Of a stretch of DNA of 64,000 nt, positions 23,201 to 36,118 are shown piece after piece (the first letter of the stretch is position 1; the number at the start of each line of letters is the position of its first letter). The DNA is taken from the NCBI GenBank assembly GCA_964016885.1, contig OZ024742.1, forward strand, positions 38,316,001 to 38,380,000. Reading direction: 5' to 3'. Origin of the DNA: Eledone cirrhosa (taxonomy: Eukaryota). The translations under genes and the position numbers were made by a program. Below the pieces are notes generated by a model. That model was not told the origin of the DNA. It worked only from the letters and a program-made list of their open reading frames with translations, and did no database searches.

Positions 23201-23527
23201 TATGTGTCAGAGGATTTCTCAACAATTGGGATGTTAATTTCACAAGCAGCCTGTTTCATTGTTTGAACAATTGGAATACTCATCGCTAGAACTGACAAAG
23301 ATCCAACATGCACACGTGCTAGCTTGAAAGACTGCATAACTTTTGCCAGTTATTATTTCTTATTTGGGAACTCCTCTCCTTCAATATCTGACATACCAGC
23401 AACTTTGGGTCTATGTATGTGTGTCTTTTAATACCAATTCATATCACAGAGTTAAGCTAGTTAGATTAAGAACAATACACATTTTTCATTTACTACTTCA
23501 TGGTGTTATGTTTCCTTTATATATAGA

Positions 23528-24522
23528 CTAGCAGCAGGACCCAGCATTGCACAGGGTAGGAAACGTGAAATAGCAACATGCATATGCAAAGATTGAGGAA
23601 TGTAGCTGTGTACTTTTTGAATTCCCTTATTCTCAGGGAATGATTGTTCATCTACTGAAAACGTAGAACACCAGCAGGCCGAATCCAGTAGTAGCAGTGT
23701 CAGTGGGCTGATTGAGGAAATCCTGTATGCGAAAGGAGTAAGTGTTGTGGGGCGATGTATGTCATAAGTCTGTTCACAAATTATATCATGGATGGGAACA
23801 CATGTTAGTCTGAAGGAGCGATGTAGTCAATTGTGTGAAAACCAAGTAGGGATGTATGTTTAAGTAGGGATATTGAGATGACGAAATCAGCGTGGCAGTT
23901 GCAGCAGAAGGGGGTCATAGTGCAATTAGCACAAATGCTGGGCGGCACTGCATTTACACAGCAACACAGGTGCGACAAAAGGAGTCACCGCAGAATTAGT
24001 ACACAGGGCCCGGATTTGTGCGTGATGAAAGCCCGAAGCGTCAACAGGGCGGCGACAAAAATTTTAAGGTCCTCATTTCCTCAATCCCCCGAAAATGGTC
24101 CTGCTTAAAAGTAAGTAAGTGTTGTGTCCTCTGTTAAATAAACCAAATTTTTAACGAAATATTATTTGCTACTTACGATGTTTAAGTAGCGTTTATATTG
24201 AAAATGAAAATGGCATTTAATGCCCAATGCTAATCCGTAAATTTCCTAGAAACCATTAATGGAATTGGAAATTTTTTGTCCACAGCAATGTGAGGGGACT
24301 AACTAATGTGTGCTGCAAATTTTGAGGAAATTGGCTGGATTATCTTTAAGTTACGCCTCAAAAAAGCCTTAAAATGCCTAAAAAAATGCGGTTTTTCTAG
24401 GGCAGAAAAAGTTAAAAGTTAGCCCATTGCACTTCAAGAAATATAAGTAACACGTGTAATGTTTGAAAAAAATCGGTTGGGTACTTCTTGAGTTTTAGGG
24501 ATTTACACAAACAGACATCCTC

Positions 24523-24560
<38 letters not shown>
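23528..24560 (-). mobile_element. Non-autonomous Helitron-like element
   Basis: The minus strand ends in a GC hairpin (ACCC..GGGT, 23539-23557) followed by CTAG|T. The other end is in a TA run with the GTCTGTTTGTG...CCGATTTTTT motif typical of Lep1-like Helitrons. Confidence 0.6.
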
Positions 24561-24563
<3 letters not shown>

Positions 24564-25591
24564 TACACACTCCAGCTGTTTTATTTTCTCTCCCTTTTCC
24601 TTCTTTGCTTTTTCTATAATGTGTTGCAGCAGTCTCCTCAACATAATTCCCACCTTCTTTACTATTGGTATTAACATGCATTATTAATAAAGTTATGAAG
24701 AAACAAATTTGGGGATGGGTATTAAACTAATTAATGATATTCTTACAATGGCTACAGCTTGGAGAGCTACACCAAACCCCAAACAGGTGGCCAAGGTCCA
24801 CAGCTTTTTCAGCATCCTTGGGTGATCTACATGAAGTGGCTGTAAATGTTTTTAAGAAACATCTAGATATTCTACTGTCTGAGATAACCTGATGAGCCTA
24901 TATCACAGCAAGAAACACAAATAGGAGCTGCAGTAGCACACTCCCTCATTTATTGAAAGTCAACCAAAGAATGAGAGCCATAAAAAATGTAGCAATGGTA
25001 ATGGCAACATCCCAGCATGGACTGATATATGTAAAAGAGTGTACATATCTATATATATATATATATGTTCCTGTGTATTGCGTCACTGAAAAATAATCAT
25101 ATATCATTTTTTACTTAATTGAAATAAAAATTAATTATACATTGAGTTTGACTTGAGTGAAAACTTTTTAAAAAGTGTCCATCTTGGTAAGAATGAAATC
25201 AAAATTATCATCATTGTTTTAAATTTTTTTTTTTATTTATATAAGTGCTATAAGTAAAAAAAATTATAATTATTGTTTTTCTTTTTCACTTAAATTAAAA
25301 ATAATGTACTTAAATGAATTTATGGATTGGATTTCGATACCTGCCTGGACATGTGAAATGATGAAATTATTGATTTTTTTTTTTTTTTTTTTTTTTTTAG
25401 GGGTAAAATAAAAATAAAAACCCTAATTAGAGATTGAAATCCCTAATTAACACTTGTAGCTCCTTCCCCATTCCAGACAACTACCTACATGTTGATATTT
25501 TTGTGAAAAGTGATATATTTAAATCTATTTTTTCAAATGAACAATTAAGAAAATAAATATAAGTATCTGACTTTTTTCTCAGTTTTGAGGT

Positions 25592-28500
25592 ATCATCATC
25601 ATCATCATCATCATCATCGTTTAACGTCCATGTTCCACGCTTGCATGGGTTTGGCCGGGAGTTTTCCCACTTGAGGCAAGAGTGGTTGTCTTGCTCGCAT
25701 AGGACTGTCTGGCGGGTTTTCTACAGCTGGATGCCCTTCCTAACACCAACCACATTTACAGTGTGGGACTGGGAGGTTTTTACCGTGTTGCCTACACGGC
25801 CACATTACAGCGTGGACTGTGTGTTTTTTTGTCGTGACACCTACACGATCTCATTTGTTTCGGCCTGGATGTTGTGGCACCAACATAACTTTACATTAAA
25901 GGGGTGGGGTGGGGGGGGGGGGGGTTATTTTGTTAGAGATGCCTACTGACTGTAGTAGGTTTTACTTTGTATTTAGGTAAGGCGGGTCTTCTCTATTACT
26001 GAGTGCCGCCAAAGATCTCGGTCCAGTGACATTGTCTTGGAGAGGTGTAAGTGTGTGAGGTCAGAGTTTATCAGGTCGTCCCAGGTTTTTCTGGGTCTGC
26101 CTACTCCGTGGCTACCGTCTATCTTTATTGCCCTGCACTTTTTTATACAGCTGTCGTCTTTCATGCGCATCACGTGACCATACCAACGTAGCCTTCTCTC
26201 GAGTAAACAACATCTGATCCCTCTTATTTCTAATTTTTCCCTTAGTTCGTTTATGCTTTGCCGTTCGCGTAAAATTACTATTACACATCCAGCGGAGCAT
26301 GCAAGCTTCGTTCTTCTCTAGTCTGCGTATATCCTCTGCACACAATGCCCAGGTCTCACTGCCATGCAACATTGCTGTTCGTATGCAGGCATCATACAGC
26401 CTGCCTTTCATTTTTAGGGAGAACCTTTTAGCGGCTAATAGTGGTATAAGCTCTCTGAACTTTTTCCATCCAGTTCTGACTCTAGCTACTGTACTTTCAG
26501 AGCACCCTCCCCCACTGCTGATTTTGTCACCCAGGTAACGGAAGCTGTCCACTATTTCTATAGAACCCTCTGCACAATTGAAAGAGCTAGTATTTTGTGG
26601 GCACTTGCTGCTACTTATTGCACCAGAGCACCGGCCACATGTAAAATCTGTTCTTAGTTAGCTTACCTATGATCCCACTACATCTTTTATGCACCCATAC
26701 TTTGCATTTGGGACATAAAATGGAGTTTCTACCTACGCCTTTCCTACACACTGAGCATGGCCATTTTCCGGAAGGGACCGGCGCCTTATTTTCTTTCCTA
26801 CAAACTAGAACTTTAGTCTTAGCCAGGTTAATTTTAAGGCCTTTTGATTCTAGGCCGTGCTTCCATGTTTGGAATTTCTTCTCTAGCTCGGCCATTGATT
26901 CAGCTATGAGCGTTAGATCATCTGCGTATAGGAGTTCCCATGGGCAGCCGGTCTTGAACTCCACTGTTATAGCCTGAAGGGCAATAATAAATAGTAGGGG
27001 GCTAAGAACAGAGCCCTGATGAACACCAACTTTTACGCTAAACTCTTCACTATATTCGTTGTTAATTCTAACCTTGCTGACTGTTTCTTTATACATGGCT
27101 TGTATAGCTCTCACAACCCATTCATCAACACCTAGTTTTCTAAGAGCCCACCAGATAATGGAACGGGGGACTCTGTCGAAGGCTTTCTCCAAGTCGACAA
27201 AAGCTAAGTATAGGGGTTTACTTTTAGCTAGGTACTTCTCCTGTAGTTGTCGTACAATGGAAAGAGCGTCTGTGGTACTTTTGCCTGACACAAACCCGAA
27301 CTGCATTTCATCTAGATCAATTCTCTCTCTGATTAGTTGCGCTATTACTTTTTCCGTGACCTTCATGACCTGGTCGATTAATTTAATGCCTCTATAGTTA
27401 CTCCTATCTAGGGCGTCTCCTTTACCCTTGTAGCAGTTAATGATGATGTTGCTACGCCAGTCCTTCGGAACAACCCCATTCTGTATGACTTGGTTTACTA
27501 TCCGGATGACCATGGTGTGTCCCACCGTTCCAGAGGCTTTCAGCATCTCAGCAACTATTTCCGAAGGCCCAGCCGCCTTACCCGTCTTCATATCTTTGAT
27601 TGCCTTACTTATTATACTACCTTCGACTAACACTGCTGGTCCCTCTATTGGATTGATGTGGGGGAGACTCTTTCTCCCATTTATTCTCCTCATTTAGTAG
27701 CCTTTCGTAGTGACACTTCCAAGCTACCTTCTTATCAGCGTCAGTGATGGCAAGTACACCATCATCACTAAGTACACACTTCTCCCCGACAATATCACGG
27801 TTTTCCTTGACACATTGCCTAGCAATCCTGAACACCTCACGTTTTTGGTCCTCACGTTGTAGAACATGCTTGAACTTTCTTTCCTCTGCTTCCTTTCTTG
27901 CGAAGTACACTTGTCTCCTAGCTTCCCTCCTGGCCACTTGATAGTCTTCTCTACTTCCCCGATCCCGCATACTTTCCAAGCCTGCTTTTTGGCCTTAATT
28001 GACTCCTCCACCTTACTGTGCCACCACCATGTTACTCTCCTCCTGCCTACAGGCCTGCTGCCGCCATCAGCAGGTTTGCTTTCAGGAATTCCCACTGTTC
28101 CTCTATATTGTACGACTCTAATTGCTCTTCCTTACTGTCGAAAGCATCAAGTAATATGCTTTTAAATTTATTTCTGGTTGTGGGGTCCTTTAGCTTCCAT
28201 ATTTTCTCCTGAGGATAGTCCTCTTCTGCTGTCGAGTACGTCTCGTCCTGACTATGAGGTCGCTAATTATCAGTCTATGTTGGGAGGTGCATTCTTCATG
28301 GGGGAGGGATTTAGTGTTTACAACAGACACTCTGTCACGTCGTCTGGTAAGGATATAATCTACCTGGCTGGTATGTTCCCCTGATTTGTAGGTGATCAAG
28401 TGATTGTCTCGTTTTTTGAAGTTAGTATTACAGATAGTTAGGTTATTTGCATCACAGAATTCCAGGATTCTGGAGCCTTCCTCGTTTCTAGTACCAAACC

Positions 28501-29430
28501 CATAGCCTCCGTGGATTCCGTCATAGCCGTCACAATGTTGACCAACCTGGCCATTTAGGTCGCCAGCAATAATTATATAGTCACTGTCTGTTATTTGGGA
28601 GGTAGTGAGCATCAGTGTCTCATAGAATCTGTCTTTTATAGCGCCAGGCAGTCCGGATTGGGGCACGTATGCCGATATTACTGTCACATTAGAACAAGTC
28701 TTATTTTAATTATTCTGTCATTTACTCTTTTTACATCTATTATCTTATCCACCCATTTTTCTGCTAACATGATTCCTACCCCACCTATCCCATTGTCATT
28801 TCCCATCCAGAAAAGCTTATAGCAACGTTTTTTACCCACAATGAATCTAGCAAACCCGCCCCTCCACCTGGTCTCTTGGATACAGCAAACATCAACCTCC
28901 TTATGTTCAAGCATTTCTACAACCTCATTAGAGCGGCCTTTTAAGGTACCTACATTTATGGTACCAACTCTGAAGTTTGGGATTGTGTTTGGAGGATGGG
29001 GCGCAGAGATGGGGTTGGGGTTATGTTGGCCATCCGCGGCCGAAACAAAGAGGAGGGGGCCTTGCCCTTTCGTCCGGCAGCATGAGGTTAATTTGTCGTT
29101 ATCTTTGGCATTGTCATCGAGTGTCCAGATTCTTCAGACTCTCCAGAAATTCCTTAGTCCATCCATCATATCGAAAAGCAGCCAGAAGTGATAGCATAGG
29201 CCGTTGACTTGTGATTGGTCCAAATAATAAGGTGGAGAGTGGGGGCGGGGTATGGGGTAGTTAGCAAAGAGAAGATTATTTAGAACAAATGGGGTAGTTA
29301 GCGAGAGGTTTTAAATAAAATCTTCAAATTTTGGGGGGCATAATTGGAGAAGCATATAACAGTAATAATAAGCGAATAATGGGGTTTTAAAATACAAGAT
29401 TATTTAGAAACAACCAGACAGAATTATAGA
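25592..29430 (-). mobile_element. Near full-length RTE-clade LINE (single ORF: APE endonuclease, RT, PHD-like Cys finger, C-terminal domain), frameshifted
   Basis: EN motifs NVGTL, IQETRW, GDLN, VDYIL. RT motifs VDLEKAFD, GVHQGSVLSP, YADD. Finger CSVC..CPKC..HKRC. Stop at 25973 and (GAT)n tail at 25592-25618. The ORF is split by several frameshifts and stops. Confidence 0.97.
29214..29250 (-). promoter_or_regulatory. Putative internal Pol II promoter of the RTE (GC box and CCAAT box)
   Basis: GGGGGCGGGG at 29241-29250 and CCAAT at 29218-29214, about 45-80 nt upstream of the in-frame ATG at 29169. Confidence 0.35.
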
Positions 29431-29440
29431 TATAGTATAT

Positions 29441-31117
29441 TAATAATAATAATGAAATTATTGTGTACAGTGTTCAGGTGTACTACAACTCGTCAAAGGT
29501 GCATGTATAGTACATAGAATAATATACAAATGTCAGGGAAGTGAATAGTGTATGAGTCATGATATACATGTGTGTATGTGTATGGAGGGGGAATATTAGG
29601 TGTAGTGTTGGCGAATCTCAGGAAGCATGGAGGTTTTAAAGGATGCAGTGTCTCGACAGCTAACAACTGATGCAGGTAGTTTGTTCCATGCTTCAGCAAG
29701 TCTGAGCGTGAAAAAATGTTTACGAAAGTTATGGGAACTGTACTGTTTTCTGACTTTGTGGGCATGCCCACGTGTGTTAGACACATGGAAATCAAAAAGG
29801 TACTCAGGGTTGTTGTTGGCAAGATGGTTAACAATTTTGTAGGTGTTTACCAAGTCTGTTGCCAGGCGTCGGAGCTTCAATGTATCCATGCCCAGGGAAG
29901 CAAGGCGCTCAGAGTATGGTAGATACCTGATGGAGGGTATTCGCTTGGTTGCACGTCTCTGAACAGTTTCCAGGCGGTCAATGTTCTGAGCAAGATAGGG
30001 GTTTCAGACTGGTGATGCAAATTCTAAGTGTGGCCGCACCATAGCCATGTACAGCTTTAAATAGATAGCTAGAGAGCAGTTGACAAAGGTCTTGCTGAGT
30101 GATGCTAAGACACTCTCGGCCCTCTTGACAATTTTAGAGACGTGCTTCATCCAATGCAAATCGTTGCTGACCGTAATGCCCAGGTCACGTTCACAAGAAG
30201 ACTTCTTGATATTAGTGCTGTGGAGGGAGTATGTGGACGCTGGGTTTTTACTCCCAAAATGCATGGCCATGCACTTGTCCACAGCTAGCTTGAGTTGCCA
30301 GTCTGAGATCCATTGTTGCATTGTGTCCAAGTCAGACTGCAAGCAAGATCTATAGTGTTCAGGATCTGTCCTTTTTATCTCAAGGTACAGCTTGATGTCA
30401 TCTGCGTACTTCAGTACTGTGGCATTCTTTAAGTTGGCATCTATGTCATTAATATATGCCACAAACAAAAGGGACCAAGAACAGATCCCTGTGGTACACC
30501 AGATGACATCTCATATGGTGAGGAATGCTGTCCCAGAACCGTAACTACCTCTCTTCGACTGAGAATGAAGGACTTCAACCAGTTATAAAGATCATCCTTC
30601 ACACCCATTGCAGAGAGTTTTGCCATAAGTCTTTTGTGTGGCACAGAATTGAAAGCTTTCGCAAAGTCAAGGTAAACAACATCCACCCATGAGCCGCCAT
30701 CAGTGATCCGGGTGATGTCTTCAAGAAACTCGATAAGTTGATCACAGCAGCTGGAGTTGGGGATAAATCCAAATTGCGAGGGTCGGATAAGACTGTGAGA
30801 GTTCCAGAAGTTCCAAAGTGTTTCTCTGACACAGGATTCTATCAGTTTGGCATTGCAGCTAGTAAGACTGACTGGACGATAGTTCACAGGTGATGTGCAG
30901 TCGCCCTTTTTGAACAGAGGAATGACACTGGCAGTTTTCCACTGTTCTGGAGTAGCACTGTTGTTCAGACAGAATTGGAAGAAGCATGATAGCTGGTGCA
31001 GAAGGAAGTACCCACCACGTTTAAGAAGCAGGTACGTAACACCATCAAGACCAGGAGAGGCATGGTTGTGTTTATTTTTAAGGTGACGTCGCAGCATTGC
31101 AGGTGTAAATTCCATGG
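29441..31117 (-). mobile_element. 5'-truncated CR1 LINE (RT domain and 3' UTR)
   Basis: Motifs YLDFAKAFN, GVPQGSVLGP, YADD, VRPHLEFASPV. Closely matches 46453-48120. ATT tail ends at 29441. Confidence 0.96.
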
Positions 31118-33603
31118 TTGGCAGAAATATAGAAAAATAAAGATATAGAAGGGGGCTAACAGGTTGGTTAATGAAGAAGTTAGTCAGAGATAGTGGGCAA
31201 AAAAGATGATTGAGATCCACGAACTGGACAACTCAAAATAATTAAAATAAATGAAAATAGATTTAAATATATATTTCTTGACAAAAGAATATTTGAAGTT
31301 TTTCTTTCTTCTTTACTGGTAAGACATAGACTAAGGAACACTCGAGTTGGGGTTTGAATTTCATGTTATTTTTAAAACTATTTTTCTCTATTTTTAGAGA
31401 AATGGGAGAGTAATTAATTTGAAGTCAACTTAATACCCCTTTAACCCTTTAGCATTCACATTAATCTATATCTACTCTTGCAATTTCATGGTAATGGTTT
31501 TATTGCACATTATGTCGAATCTATGAGATTCTAATGTTATTTATTTTGAGAACAATACTTTAACATCAGTATGAGTGGCCAATTATGGTTGGTTTGAACA
31601 GAAAAAGGTGAGAGAATTCTGGCCAAATATGGGCAGTTTAAATGCTAAAGGATTAAACTATATTTCTGTCTTTAAAGAAAAGAGACACAGACACCACCTT
31701 ACAATTAGACAGGAAACACACATATCTGTTTTATTACCCTCAAACAATGTGATCCATTGCTATCAACTATATTCACCATACTGGATCTTCAGAAACATGC
31801 TACAGTGTATCCCATTCTCAAAAAGAGAAAATCCTATGACCCTCACAACCTGTATTACTGCACTTGCTAGTATCTCAACAGTAATGGAGACAGCCAAAAC
31901 CCTGATTCTCTCTCCTAAATGACCATAGATTCTGTAAAGCCAGATTTATTCGAGGTCTACTCTCCTATGTCACTCACCAATGGGTTTTTGCCCCCCCCCC
32001 CCCCCACTCTTTCACACACATGCACACTATCAACACTGGTGTGTTCCAGGGTTCAGTTATATCCCTCACACTCTTCATTCTCTACATCAATTACCCGCAA
32101 CACTCACTCTTACACATAACAATCTTTATGTAAAAATCTTCCATGACAATTTAATGTAAGAACTTCTAAGATTTGTTTCAATTACTCATAATAACGAGAA
32201 AGTTATTTTACTAAATCCTTCCAAAACGATTTTAAAATCATAGGCAGTATCTTTCATTAGAAATATGGTGACAAAAAGGTTAAAATATGTAACTTAAGCA
32301 TTGTCTGCTATATCTGTGCCATGGCCTTGAACTCTATATAAACTGGGACCTCAATCTCTCATCAACAAATAGTTTTTTCAATAAACACTCACTTCTGGGT
32401 GATGGGTAATGTACATAAAGGAAAGACACACACATTAGTGTGTATAAATGTGTAGATATACATTGCATACTATACCCCTCACATACACATGCTTTTATAT
32501 ACACACACGCAGTGTATATTAGTAACTTTTAACTCCAGACTTCTGTTAAATATGTTATTTTTATTCCATTGTCATTCAAGTTGCTAACTACTGAGAATCA
32601 CTTCCAGAATCTAACATATATAAAATTACATCAGTTTTAATTTGCATATTCTCGTTTCATGTTAAAGGTCGTTTAAAAGACTAATTATTCAAATATTCCC
32701 TGACTGACTAAACTATTTAATAAAATTCCTCTTCAGTTATGTCACTTGTAATAATGTTGGGATATTATAGCATTAACAAAAGCTATCCGACTCTTCAGGA
32801 ATTCATCTGAGATGGGGTAGTGGTTAGGGAAAAGATGGCATAGCATATATTTCAAAGTTGATTGTCTGCCATGTTCCCTCTAATTTTTCCCAACCACTGA
32901 TCAGAACATTTGATGCTTTGAGCAAAATCATTTTAAATTTAAAGCTATTAAGCAGCAAAATTTTAATGTGTATGGCACCAATACACTCTCCGTGCAGCCA
33001 CACACCCATGCAGCTTTGAGGGTTCGTTGATTGTCAATGTTGAATTTTCTCCCTAGGGTCCACATAAGGTGTGTACACACACATTAATGCATATTTTAAT
33101 TATATAGGGTCTACAACACATTCTTTATCCTTGAATCTTTATTTCAGGTCATCTATGCAGTTAAAGCCTTTCAAATCAGACTTTTTATTAGTTTGGTCTG
33201 GAGGTAGAGATTCTATTCATTGCCAGATGTTGTAAAGTGGTTGGTGATAGGAAAGGCACCCAGCTATAGAAAGCTTGCTAAACAAAAGGTTGGGAGGACT
33301 CTTCAGCTGTCAAAAAGTTGACTACCTTCCTAGTGCTGGTGTCACAATAAAATGCATTAGGTTGAAAGTGGGATTGTATGTAAGCTTTGTGCAGGCCTCT
33401 AACCCATCTGAGAGATCAGTCGCCCCACTTGAGTACTGACTTCGTTTGTAAAGACCTGTCCAATGCTTGCTAGCAAGGAATACAGATGTTAAATGATGAC
33501 GATGATTGGATATTTCTATATAAATTTTCCCAATGCTTTGTAAGTTATCTACTTTTTTACATTTCTACCTACAGGCTTAATATCTTCTTAAAGATGGCCA
33601 GCA

Positions 33604-33674
33604 GCTCTGTAGCATAGTGGTGAACACACTCACCCAGCATCCAAAAGATGCAGGGTTCGATTCCTCACAGATGC
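33604..33674 (+). pseudogene. tRNA-like sequence (SINE head or tRNA pseudogene)
   Basis: A box TAGCATAGTGG (33610-20), B box GGTTCGATTCC (33654-64), imperfect acceptor stem. No canonical anticodon arm. Confidence 0.45.
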
Positions 33675-34714
33675 CTCTGTCCACTTGTGGTATTGTATCC
33701 AATTTTCTTTTCTGAACCATTATTTATAGCAATCAACTATTATTATGGTCATTTGTGTTGGGATACATGTTTTCTTTGCCAGCAATAGTTGGATGTGTCA
33801 CCATAGACCAGTCAGTACTCAGAGTCACTGACCTCCAGATGGTCCAGGAGGCCTACATATGATCTCATGCTTTACTGAGTGCATTTTATCATGGCACCAA
33901 CATAAGGGAAGCTGTCATGCCCTTGATACAGCTAAAGAGTCCTCCTAACTTTCTTTGGTAGGTTTTCTATGACTGGATGCCCTTCCTATCACCAACCACT
34001 TTACAGAATGTACTGGTTGAGTTTATAGATAGTTAACACTAGAGAGGTTGTCATGTCCCTGATTACTAAAGAGTCCTCTCAACTCTTTTGGCATGGTTTC
34101 TACAATAGGTTGTCCTTCCATCATCATTTAAGTTTGCTTTTCCATGATATATATATATATTTATAAATAAACATGTGTGGGGAGAAACTGTTTCTACTTT
34201 GGATTCCCTTAGAAAGAAAAAACACTTTAAAAATTTCCCAGTTCACTTGCTCTCCATACAGAAAATCTCACAAGCTTCTTGTACCACAGTTCAAATCACC
34301 AATAACTTTAAAGACTTTTACATTGTTGCTTAAATATGAAAGGACTCATTGGATAATGAAGTCCTATATACACTGCCTGAAAAAATAAAGGACTTGGTTT
34401 AGGCTGAAATGCCTAAAAGGTCTAAAGGATCACAGCCGATCTTGGGCTAAATATTTTCATCTACCATCTCTTCCAAACAAACCATTAACCTACAGCAATC
34501 TCCCATCCAGTAGTACTTTTATTATAACTACAGACAAAGACCTGTTTCTCCTTCAATCCAACAAATTAGGACCAAATACACCATCTTCACCCTTTTTATA
34601 CCAAACCACCCGAAACTGCCCCTGGTTTTATGATAAAAAACAATTCTTTTTTGTTTATCGTAAAAACCTTCCATCATAATTTTATGTTAGAATCCTTGTT
34701 AAGTTATGCTCCAG

Positions 34715-35720
34715 ATATCATCATTTTACATCCAGTTCCATGCTTGTATGGGTTGGACAGGTCTTTTTCAGCACACTCTCCAGTTGTTACATTCCTTCAT
34801 AATTTCCTCTGTAAGCTTCAGCGATTTGTGATCAGTTCTTACCCACTCCACCCAAATCTTCCTTCCACAGGGATTTCTTAGCACTCCTTCATCCAGTGAT
34901 TATCATCCATGCACATTATGTTCATACCAGTACAGTCTTCTCTTTTGTACACTTCTGATTCTTTTTATACCCCGTTTTTCTCTCAGTTCAACCATACTTT
35001 GTCATTCACACACATCCATCAAAGCATGCATGCTTCATTTCTCCCCAGCTTTCACATACCCTCTTCATTCATTGCCCATGTTTCACTACTGTGCAACATC
35101 ACACTTTACAGACAAGCATCATACAGCTGGCCTTTCATTCATAGGGAGAAACCTTTTGACATCACATAAAGTAGCCCCCACTCGACTTCTTCCATCTTGT
35201 CATTCTAGTTACTATGCTCTCAGAGAACCCTTATCCACCACTAATTAGATCACCTAGGTAACAGAAGCTATCAACCACTTCTATGGATTCTTCATGGGAT
35301 TGGAAAAGAGTTAAATCACTGACACTTTTACTATTAATTACCCCTGAACATCTATTACATATGATGTTTTCCTCTCCTGTTAGTCTGCCTACTATCTCAT
35401 TACACCTCTTGCATACCCAAGATTTGCATTGTGTGCACCATTCAGAGTTTCTGCCTACTTCATGTCTACATATCAAGCAGGGCCGCTTCTCTGATGGGTT
35501 CATGGCCCGTCTTCTTTCCTGCTTACTAACACTTTGGTTTTCACTAAGTTCAATCTCAGCCGAAACTTATTCTCTAGTTCTTCTACAGATTCAGCTATAA
35601 GACCCTGAAGTTTCTTAAAATCATCTGTTATGGCTTTAAGAACTATAACAAACTGAAGTGGGCTGGTGACTGAGCTCTGATGCATTCCAATTTGTAATTT
35701 GAATTTCTTACTAAACTCAC
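34715..35720 (-). mobile_element. Decayed RTE RT/PHD-finger/3' fragment
   Basis: RPCLICRHEVGRNSEWCTQCKSWVCKRC...IEVVDSFCYLGDLISGG and GMHQSSVTSPL. Confidence 0.85.
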
Positions 35721-35862
35721 TTCTAATAAATAATGAGAAATTACCAAATCCTTCCAAATTCTTGATTATTTCAAAAATTATCTGAAAATTGAGGGCAGTG
35801 TCTTTCTTTCATAATGAAAGGGTTAGCAAGAAAACACAACACAAAATGTTCATGTTAACGAT

Positions 35863-35868
35863 TTTATT
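35863..35868 (-). promoter_or_regulatory. Candidate polyadenylation signal of UQCRC2
   Basis: AATAAA on the minus strand, ~160 nt after the stop codon. Confidence 0.5.
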
Positions 35869-36028
35869 TTCCAGATTTAGACTTAAGAGTAAAGTAGCCA
35901 GGGCAAATTAGAAAGTGGCAACTAATAACTGATGTCTCTTTAAATCTAAGAATCAGTCAAACACAATTTTAATGACATTTGGTGTTGACTTCTAAAAGGT
36001 ATTTTTACAGGACTAAGGTGTACCATAG

Positions 36029-36118
36029 TTATTTGTAGAGTTCGTCCAAGTAAGGAGTCTGTGAGAGGTTTCCAACAGCGGCCATTGATGGTTTTCCATT
36101 GATGATCTTCTTAGAAAC
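36029..36118 (-). CDS. UQCRC2: UQCRC2 last coding exon (VSKKIINGKPSMAAVGNLSQTPYLDELYK*)
   Basis: CAG acceptor. Conserved C-terminus SMAAxGNL..TP..DEL. Confidence 0.95.
   Translation of the reverse strand, partial: VSKKIINGKPSMAAVGNLSQTPYLDELYK

Noticed and set aside
24889-24916. CTGATGAG...GAAAC hammerhead-like words
   Set aside because: No stem II or stem I pairing, and it lies in a decayed LINE 3' region.
29055-29140. CTGAAGA...CGAAA on the minus strand of the RTE 5' region as a hammerhead
   Set aside because: U16.1 is missing and there is no convincing stem II or stem I.
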